Below, one piece after another: positions 55,193 to 64,000 of a stretch of 64,000 bases of DNA; within the stretch, counting starts at the first letter, position 1; the number at the start of each line of letters is the position of its first letter. The notes beneath the pieces are model-generated. The model was given only the letters and a program-made list of their open reading frames with translations. It did no database searches and had not been told where the DNA came from. This DNA is from Piromyces finnis finn (lineage: Eukaryota > Fungi > Neocallimastigomycota): NCBI GenBank assembly GCA_002104945.1, contig MCFH01000030.1, forward strand, positions 558,001 to 622,000, written 5' to 3'. The position numbers and the translations under genes were made by a program.

Positions 55193-56962
55193 GTTTTTTT
55201 TCCCCATATTCTTATGTTGTAGGACTTGTGAAATTTCTTACCAATGACATACCAATTGTGATTTTTGGCTTTTACACAATGATCGATAGATATAAGTACT
55301 CTAGGAATACCAACTGTTACTGGGAGTATCGATGTTGAAAAGAAAAAGGCAAAAAAGAAATTCAGATACAGAATCAAATGATAAATAATAATAATATTCA
55401 CAAGGAATCAGCATCAAAGAACGGGAAGAGTTAGAAGTTCTTTTCGTCCTTTTTTTTACTATGTGGTTTTCTTTTATTCATTTAAGTTTCATTTTAATTT
55501 TTATATATTTTATTATTTAATTTTATCTTTTTTTTTATATTTTTATATATATAATATAATTTAATTAAATTATAGCTATTAATAAATAAAAATTACATAG
55601 CTTTAATATTAATAGTCAAAAAAATAAAATAAAATAAAATAAAATTATATAAATATATTATCAACAGATATTAGTTTAACATTATCTAATATATACTAAA
55701 TAACTATTTTTGAATATTTTTAATTCATTTATAAAACTAAAGATTTTAAATTTATTATATTGTATCCCCTTCCATTTGTAGTTTCAAAAAATTTCAAGGG
55801 ATATGTTTATTATTATCCATAATAATATGGTAAATATTAATTTCATTCAAAATATTATTTGCTTTTTATCATAAAGATCTATATAAATTCAATGTATCTT
55901 TATCGTCAGTAATTTTTTAACACTCTATTTAATTCATAGGAATTCATAAATATAATATATTAGTTGTTTATTACACATTACACATTGATATTATAATATT
56001 TTAATTTTATCATTCTTTGTGAATCAATTCTTTTTTCTATGTTATAATTTAGTTAATATTTAAAAAAAATAAAAATGAATCTCAGTTTATTTATTTTAAA
56101 AAATTTTTATGACTTCTACAACAAAAACTAATTGTAATCCTAGAATAATAATATTAATAAAAGAAATAATGGTTTCCTCTATTTCTATATGTAATTTGAT
56201 AGATTCTGAAAATCTATCAACAGGAAAAAAATTTTCCCTTATTTTAATGTTTTATTTCACTACATTTTTTACTATCTTCTTTTATAGGCAGGCATTTTAA
56301 TACTAATTTCTACTAATAAAAATAATGATAATAATATTAATGGCAACAATAGAATTTTACTACATTTTAATTCATTAATATGAACTTAATATTATTAATT
56401 ATTATAATAAAAAAAAGTTCATAATTTAATAATAATAAAAAAAATGTAATATCAAAATAAATAATAAGTTTAAATAATAGGTAATAATTATTGAAATTTA
56501 TTATCATATTTTATAAAAGTTTTTTCAATATTAAAAAAATAATTTTAATTAATATGATCTTTGAATTGAAAAAATAGTTTTTTTTTATTTAAATCTTAAA
56601 AATGGTTGATCCATTTAAAAATGTAAAATCTTAAAAAAAACCTAATATATAATATCTAATATATTATAATATTAATTAAATAACTTATAATAATATTAAT
56701 ATAAAAATAAAAAATAAAATTAAAGAAATAAGAAAAAAGAAAGTAAAACCTAATTTATTAAGGATATTTTAATTAACGAATCATATTAAATCAATGAATA
56801 TTAATTATTAAAAAGTTTAAAATGTTATTTATTGTAAATATAATTATATTGTTATCACTTTTATTTTTAAATTTATTGCCTTGTTTTTACAATTTAACAA
56901 AATAAATTATTATTTTTAAAAAACACATAATCATAATAAAAATCATTTAAATTATAAAAAAA

Positions 56963-57481
56963 ATGTCATCTTTTGAAATTGATAGTACTGAAACTTCAAC
57001 AATGATCTTGTCAAATAATTCTTACACTTCAGATGTAGAGTTATTTGAGGATATAGAAGTATCAAATGAAATGATTCAACCAAACCATTTAATTGAGGAA
57101 AAGGATTTTGATGAGGTCATTTCTGCAATTGAATACAATGTTCCAATTGCATATTTAGATTTATTAATTGAAAAAAAGAATTATCCACTTAACAAGTTCA
57201 TCATTTTCAAAAATGGTGAAATAAAGTCCCCATTATACGCTGCAATTTCTAACAATCATTTTAAAATTGCAGATTTCATTATCAGCAAAGGGGGTGATAT
57301 TAATTTTACTCAAAACAATATTAATATAGTCAAATTATTAATTGAAAAAAACTTACTCACCACTAAAATTCTTTTATATCTTTTAAACAAAAATTGGAAT
57401 ATAATGGAGATTAAAGATTATATTTACGATTATAGTTTTAACTTCAATTTAGCATCCAAATATATCAAGTATAATTGTTAA
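56963..57481 (+). pseudogene. Ankyrin-repeat gene, apparently truncated where it meets the broken end of the Copia element
   Basis: KSPLYAAISNNHFKIADFIISKGGDINF ankyrin repeat. The ORF ends inside the Copia-derived sequence. Confidence 0.6.
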
Positions 57482-57644
57482 GATTATTTTCATCTTGAAA
57501 AATTTCTTCTGTGTAACCATCATCACTATTTTCATGATTATTATTTTGCTGAAAAATTTCTTCTGTGTAACTATCCTCACTGATATTATTATAATTATTG
57601 TCAAAATTATTCTTGATTTTAATTATGGTAGGATAGTGGTTGGT

Positions 57645-58205
57645 TTTTTTTTTTTTTTTTTTTTTTTTTTAACTTCCGAGTGCATTTCTCCCATCGATCA
57701 GAGTTAGCTCCAATGGTGGTTCTTAGAGAAACGTTGGCTCATTCCTATTGCTAGGTGGTTGTGACCCTCCTGGTCTGTCATACTGTTTCTTCAGCTTCAA
57801 CGCTCACTTAATCCATGTACATTAGATGCATGTCGTTGTACGATATTTCACAACTACAATGCTAAGCCTCTTATAGTCAATTTGATCACGTGTCAACCGC
57901 CCCCTAATGTTTACACTTAAATTGATTAAGGAATATTATGTGTTTTTGGCATAGCCTAAGTCACCACTTATTAAGTTCTAATTTGGAATGTACCATGTAC
58001 ACTAGACCCTCTCAGGCCGGCTAGACGAGTGTTATTATCATAGTAGTAAATTAGAAAGTTCATTTATACTTACCTGAATATCATAACCCAACCCATGGCA
58101 AACCCAGTGGGAAAATCCACAGGCACTGACATCTGCGGGGTCGAACCAGAAGCCTTATGTATGCTAAGGAAACGCCTTAACAACCAGGATAAAAACTGGA
58201 ACGAC
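57645..58205 (-). mobile_element. SINE copy A (535-bp body 57671-58205 + A26 tail), tRNA-Ala-derived head, LINE-related tail; 13-bp TSD GATAGTGGTTGGT (57632-57644 / 58206-58218)
   Basis: Reverse complement of 60930-61464 (one mismatch seen). Perfect TSD. Removing it restores the Copia frame ..DTNHY|PTIIKIKNN.. Confidence 0.95.
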
Positions 58206-58973
58206 GATAGTGGTTGGTATCGATCTCCTCATAGTTAGATTCCTGATCATGTTTATATACCATTGTACCATTAGAAATTTTTGTTTTTGAAATATTAGAG
58301 TAACCAGGATTGTTGCCGGATACAATTTTGAGATTGCCTGGTTTTTCTTCTATGAAAATTGCTTCTCTTACTAAATGTATATTATGATCGTAGAAATCCA
58401 TAATTATAAAACAGTGAGTATTATTATTAAATCCTAAGTAAATTCCTTTTCTGGAGTTGATATCAAATTTTCTTTTGTTTTGGTTGAAATTCTTATAGTA
58501 TGCAATGCAACCAAAAGTTTTTAAATAGTTTAGATTTATCTTTTTATTGAAGTATATTTCATTAGGAATTTTATTGGAAATACAACTGTGTGGTATTATA
58601 TTATAAATATATACAGCATGTTTTACTGCATATTCCCAAAAGTTTAAACTAAGTTTTGCCCAAAACAAAATTGTTTTAACGCACGATGTAATAGTTCTGT
58701 TGAAACGTTCAGCTATCCCATTGTTTTGAGGATTGTAAGGTGGGGAAAATTCTTTCTTAATACCATTTCGTTTACAAAAATTTAATAATTTTTTATTATT
58801 GTATTCTTTTCCATTATCAGACTTAAAGATTTTAATTTTTTCATTTTGGTAGTTATTGTTGATTAATTTAATAAAATTGATAGTCGTACTAGTAACATCT
58901 GATTTGTTTTTTAGATTAAATACCCAACCTTTTCTAGTAGCTTCGTCAATAAAAGTTAGAATATATTTATATT

Positions 58974-59348
58974 TGTAACGAAATATTATAATAATAAACA
59001 CACACACTCTAATGTATCAAATATATATGTATTTTTTTTAATAATGTTTATTTATTAAATTTATTATTATAATACGACTAACTCGCTAGGTCAGTGTATT
59101 ATCAAACTAAAGACGAAACAAAAAAAAAAACTAATTTTTATTAATTATTAATAAAAACACTAAAGAACTATTTTATCTTTCTTATTCTCTCTTTTATACA
59201 TGAAAATTATTTTTTTTTTTTTAATACAATTTGATAAGTGAATTAATTACTTAATGATTGGTTATAAAAATATAATTATGAAATTTTCATTAATCTAACC
59301 TTAATGATTTTCTAGTCTAACCCTTATCATTAGATATACCTCATTACA
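58974..59348. mobile_element. Solo LTR, 375 bp, TGTAA...TTACA, 5-bp TSD ATATT (58969-58973 / 59349-59353), inserted in the integrase coding region
   Basis: TG..CA ends with a 5-bp inverted repeat and a perfect TSD. Excision gives ..GPLPPSINQY|KYILTFIDE.. Confidence 0.92.
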
Positions 59349-59591
59349 ATATTGATTTATTGATGGTGGTAAAGGTCCCATAACATCGGAATGAATAACT
59401 TCGTTTCTTCTAGTCGCTTTGGGTGGGATTCCATTGTGTGGTTTTCTATTTAATTTTGATATTTTACAATGTAGGCATTCATTATTTTCAATTTTGTGTG
59501 ACTTTAAAAAATTTTCTAGATTTTTGTTATAGTAATGTCCTAATCTATTGTGCCATATATTATTTGATAAATTTTCATTGATACAATATAT

Positions 59592-60922
59592 TGTTACGGT
59601 TCGAGGAATTTACTTTTATTTATAAAATATTAATAAATTTATTAATACTCAAAAATAATATTAAAATGAAATAAGAAAAATTGTTTTATTAATAAAATTG
59701 TTTTATTAAGATATTAATATAAAATTATAAAATAAAATAAAAATAAAAATAAAAATATCTGTATATTCTCTAATTCTTATAATATACACCTTTTTATACT
59801 TTTTGTAAAAAATTAAGTAGTGTTAATTAAAAGAATTAGTCTTTAATTATTTACATTAATTTTAGTATTTAAATTACTTTTAAATGAATAATAAAATTAC
59901 ATTACTATTATAATAAATATTTATACATATTATTAAATTGATTAACATACATTAAAAGTTTACTTTAAATATATTTAACTAAAGAATTTTACTATTTTAC
60001 AGAAATATTATTCATAATTTTAATTAATAAAAATTCATTAACTTGATAAATTAAACTAAAAGTTCAATAAACTATAATTTTCAATATATTATTATTACTA
60101 AATTAATTTTTAAGTTTAATAAAATAAAATTTAAGTTCAATAAAAATAATTATTAATAATTTTAAATATAATTTAAGTGTATACATTAATTTACAAATAA
60201 GAATATTGTAAAGTTTTCATACATTTAGGAACAATAATGGATTAGGTCATAATCATTAATTATGACAAGAATAACATTATTTGTTGGTTCCTTAACAATA
60301 TTGATAAATAATAATTATAAATATATTATACATTTGATATTAGTAGAAAATTTTATTATAAAATAATTATTAAATAATTTTATATAGTTTATTATAAAAA
60401 TATAATTTACATAAAATCAAATATTTTATAAATTTATATATTTGATTGGGTTAAATTATAAAAATAATTTTTAATATAAAGAATAATAATAATTTTTAGT
60501 AGAAAATAAGAAGACTTAGATTATTAATAATAAGTTAAATTTTAATAATAGTTAATATAATTAATTAGTGAATACATAATAATATTTAAAAAGACAAAAA
60601 TAAGTTTTTATATAATAAAAATTATTGTTAAAAAGAGCGTAAGAACAATAAATAAAAGAAAATATAAAAACGAAATTAAACTTGTCTAATTTGTAATTAT
60701 TGTGTTAATAATAAATAATATTTTATAGAATAAATCTGGTGTTATTATTCTATATAAATATTATTAAATAATAAAACTATTAAAACTATAAAATAGCTTA
60801 AAATAAATTAATAAAACTAGTAGATATTGTTAAAGCTCGTACAATAGCTGTCGAGATAAAACAATATAAGATAACAGAAGAAGTAGTTAAAAAGTTGTAA
60901 TATAACTACCAATCCGTTATCA
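59592..60922. mobile_element. Solo LTR, 1331 bp, TGTTACGG...CCGTTATCA, 4-bp TSD ATAT (59588-59591 / 60923-60926)
   Basis: TG..CA termini with an imperfect terminal inverted repeat and a 4-bp TSD; non-coding AT-rich interior; lies inside the left TSD of SINE B. Confidence 0.8.
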
Positions 60923-60929
60923 ATATCTT

Positions 60930-61481
60930 GTCGTTCCAGTTTTTATCCTGGTTGTTAAGGCGTTTCCTTAGCATACATAAGGCTTCTGGTTCGACCCCGC
61001 AGATGTCAGTGCCTGTGGATTTTCCCACTGGGTTTGCCATGGGTTGGGTTATGATATTCAGGAAAGTATAAATGAACTTTCTAATTTACTACTATGATAA
61101 TAACACTCGTCTAGCCGGCCTGAGAGGGTCTAGTGTACATGGTACATTCCAAATTAGAACTTAATAAGTGGTGACTTAGGCTATGCCAAAAACACATAAT
61201 ATTCCTTAATCAATTTAAGTGTAAACATTAGGGGGCGGTTGACACGTGATCAAATTGACTATAAGAGGCTTAGCATTGTAGTTGTGAAATATCGTACAAC
61301 GACATGCATCTAATGTACATGGATTAAGTGAGCGTTGAAGCTGAAGAAACAGTATGACAGACCAGGAGGGTCACAACCACCTAGCAATAGGAATGAGCCA
61401 ACGTTTCTCTAAGAACCACCATTGGAGCTAACTCTGATCGATGGGAGAAATGCACTCGGAAGTTAAAAAAAAAAAAAAAAA
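60930..61481 (+). mobile_element. SINE copy B (535-bp body 60930-61464 + poly(A)); TSD ACAATATATCTT (right copy 61482-61493; left copy split by the 1331-bp solo LTR)
   Basis: A-box-like TGGTTGTTAAGG 60949-60960; anticodon-loop-like TTAGCAT 60968-60974; B box GGTTCGACCCC 60988-60998; LINE-like segment 61330-61373; A18 tail. Confidence 0.95.
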
Positions 61482-62817
61482 ACAATATATCTTTTTATCA
61501 TTGAAATTATTATTTTGTGTTTTAATTTTGAAATTATTCCTTTTATTGACATGTGTTCTAAATATATTTTTATTATTGTATTTGATTATTAACTGTGGTT
61601 TGAAATTTTTATTAATTATTTCACAATTTATGTGTGATTGCGCTAATTTTATTCCACTTATTAGATTTTGTGCTATATCCTTGGAGTATAAAACCCTTTT
61701 TAATGTTATGTTATGGTTATTTAGTTTTCCTTCGTATGTACCGAATCCCTGAAATTCACAAGTAGTATTGTTGGCACACTTCATTTTTAATTTTTGTTCA
61801 ACAAAATTTCTTAAAATACTTTTATCATTAGTTATGTGTTCAGAAGCACTGTGTCATATATCCAGGTAGTAGAGTTCGAAGATTTCTCATTATTTTCTTT
61901 ATTATTGATGTTATTAATATAGGCAAGTCCATCATTTGATAAAATTTCATCCATTTCTTTCTTGTTTAAATAATTGATGTTGTTTCTATTATAATTTCTT
62001 TTGTTATTTTGATATAGTTTCCTTCTGTTGTTGTTGCTGTTATTGTTGTATTTGTTGTATCTACTCTTGTTTTTTGTGTTATAACCGCATTCACTAGTAT
62101 TATGATTTTTCATATTGCATATATGACAGTATTTGCTTATTCTAGAGTTATTGTTGTTGCCCTTGTTAAATTTCATTATATTGTTAACTAAGTCAATGTC
62201 CATCATATCTTCATCATAGCTTCTTGTATTTCTAATTTCTTTATTTTTTCCTATATGGTAGAGTAATTTGTATTTATTTTTAATATCTTCATAAAGGTCA
62301 TTTGCAGTAGTTGTGGTTCCAGAAATGAAAATGATTTTTAGTTCTTTTGGCATACATCCTAAGAGATAATCTATTTTTTCTTGTTCAGTAATTGGTAACT
62401 TTTTCTTCTCCATTTGTTTAAATATGGACATCATTTTATTAGTTACGCTAAGTATTTCTTTGTGATTTTTGACCTTCATATCTCTTAATTTGTTCATCCA
62501 TTCTTGTAAAGTTACATCTTCGTCTTGCTCAAAGAGGATTTTTAAGTTTTCCATAAGTTCGTGGGCAGTATCAGTATCGGTTATCAGCGGGTAGATTTTA
62601 TCTTCAATATTGTTAAGTATAATAGATACAGCAGCTGCATTTTCCTTTTGTATTCTTAGGATTTCACCTGGATCTTGAATTTCATTAGTAGTAATATTTT
62701 GGTCTAAATAATTCTTGAGATTTAAAGCGGTGAGGATGCTGGTAATTCTTAATTTCCACTAAAATTGTCACCGTTAAGTGGACGTCCGTGGTTAGAAAGA
62801 ATACATTCGGTAGCCAT

Positions 62818-62831
62818 TGAGACTCTTAATC
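62818..62831 (-). promoter_or_regulatory. Copia primer-binding site complementary to the anticodon arm of tRNA-Lys(CUU)
   Basis: The minus strand reads ..TTTTCA|GATTAAGAGTCTCA|ATG. The plus strand TGAGACTCTTAATC matches nt 27-40 of eukaryotic tRNA-Lys(CUU) as recalled (..CATGAGACTCTTAATCTCAGG..). Confidence 0.8.
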
Positions 62832-63160
62832 TGAAAAGTAAATTTAGGTTTAATAAAGTTTATTTATTATGTTTATTAAATTTAATTTAATAAAGGTAAT
62901 TACAAAGATTTTAATAATACATTTACAAATTCCTTTTTATACTAAAGTATGTGGCTAATGTAAATTAGTAATACTATATGTTACGATTATTCTAAGAAAC
63001 ATTACATTAGTAATTACATTATAATTTTATTATTAATTAAAGTTTAATATTAGTAATATAAATTTTTATTAGTAATTTAAGTTCTAGCTAAATTCTATTC
63101 TTTCATGTTTAATTTAGGTTTATAATTATGTCAATTTATGATATAACTCGGTTCAATACA
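62832..63160 (-). repeat. 5' LTR of the Copia element (~329 bp, TGTATTGAA...TTTTCA)
   Basis: The CA end abuts the PBS. The TG start at 63160 is the best candidate, but no second LTR is present to confirm it. Confidence 0.55.
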
Positions 63161-63817
63161 ATTTTATTTTTAAGGGTTTTTGTGATTAAATACTAAATTT
63201 ATTAATAATATAATTTTTATATTAATTTTTTTTTTTATTTTTTTTTTCCAAATTTTAAATTAAAAAAAAAATGGTGGATTTTATTAAAGATCATGGAATT
63301 CCTTTAACTATATATATTGAAGTATTATAATAAATTCAATATAAATTAAAACATATTAATATATATGTGTTAAAAGGAAATTAATATAAATATGATAAAA
63401 TTTGAATAAAGATTTATATTTTAAAAAGTAAATATAAGATATATTTGAAAAATAATTATATTTATCTTTTATTTAAAAAAATAAATATTTTTAAATATTA
63501 ATAAAAGTATTAATAAAAAGACTAATATTATTTAAAAATATATTTATAAAGGGTAATAAAAGGTAATAAACAAATTAGAATAATTGATAAAACGGCGTTT
63601 ATTATAAACTTATTATTTTAATATTCTTTTTTAAAAATTTTAAAAAGATAAAAAAAAAAAAAAATAATAAAAATTATTATTTTAACTATTTTAACAATTT
63701 AATAGAATTATGTTTTAGCCTTTTATTTTAAAATTAATAATACTAATAATTATGGATATTAATTATTTGTTTGAATTTTTTCTTCTTATGTTATTAATAG
63801 GGAAAAAATAAAATAGA

Positions 63818-64000
63818 ATGAATATGAGATATCTGGTTCTTTTAATGAGCTTCCTCATTACGGTGTATGCTTACCTATTTGATTTTAAAAAGATAGCTCC
63901 TGAAATACCTAATTTTAAAACTGATGAATATGATGCCACTACTGGTTATCCGAATGAAAAATTTATAAAATATACTTTAAACGGTAATAATAAAAAACCA
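63818..64000 (+). CDS. 5' part of a secreted protein (runs off the window)
   Basis: Open frame MNMRYLVLLMSFLITVYAYLFDFKKIAPEIPNFKTDEYDATTGYPNEKFIKYTLNGNNKKP.. with a signal-peptide-like start. Confidence 0.55.
   Translation, partial: MNMRYLVLLMSFLITVYAYLFDFKKIAPEIPNFKTDEYDATTGYPNEKFIKYTLNGNNKKP

Larger units (their letters stand above)
57466..63160 (-). mobile_element. Ty1/Copia LTR retrotransposon, 3'-truncated (5' LTR, PBS, gag, protease, GAG-pre-integrase, integrase; no RT, RNase H or 3' LTR seen), carrying four nested insertions
   Basis: ATG 62817; LNGDNF..WK gag start; CHICNMKNHNTSEC knuckle; WIYDT(G)ASEH protease with a 1-nt deletion ~61850; IWHNRLGH..CLHC at ~59555-59470; IHSDVMGP; integrase TFIDEATRK..KSDNGKEY..PQNNGIAERFNRT. 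PR-IN order is Copia-type. Confidence 0.93.

Noticed and set aside
60930-61010. Functional tRNA-Ala gene
   Set aside because: A/B boxes and the AGC loop are present, but the acceptor and anticodon stems do not pair and there is no terminator. It is the head of a poly(A)-tailed repeat.
57645-61481. 535-bp inverted repeats read as the TIRs of a DNA transposon carrying an integrase
   Set aside because: Each repeat has its own poly(A) tail and its own TSD, and the enclosed integrase is part of a Copia frame that continues outside both repeats.

Overview
Eukaryotic, extremely AT-rich, intron-rich DNA. It is most likely from an anaerobic gut fungus (Neocallimastigomycota); this is inferred from fungal dockerin (CBM10-type) modules, CBM29-like modules, a CotH kinase and the base composition. 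Host genes: a GPI-anchored secreted protein, cyclophilin A, a CotH kinase carrying two CBM29-like modules and a CBM1, an intronless ~3,170-codon ankyrin + SecA-like ATPase gene (3 frameshifts), two divergent paralogous 7TM receptor-like genes, MGS1/WRNIP1, a ~19-exon LRR-dockerin gene, a truncated ankyrin gene and the start of a secreted protein. Mobile DNA is abundant. There are three copies of one APE-RT-zinc-finger LINE family and a 3'-truncated Copia element. The Copia carries four nested insertions: two near-identical copies of a tRNA-Ala-derived SINE and two different solo LTRs. The most striking hidden signals are (1) a SINE-LINE partnership, where the SINE tail shares 38/44 nt with the LINE 3' end and both make 12-13 bp TSDs; (2) a Copia primer-binding site complementary to the anticodon arm of tRNA-Lys(CUU), implying half-tRNA priming with a non-initiator tRNA; and (3) a resolvable insertion history in which removing each insert restores the Copia reading frame. 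All analysis was by eye; family assignments are from recalled motifs, not database searches.
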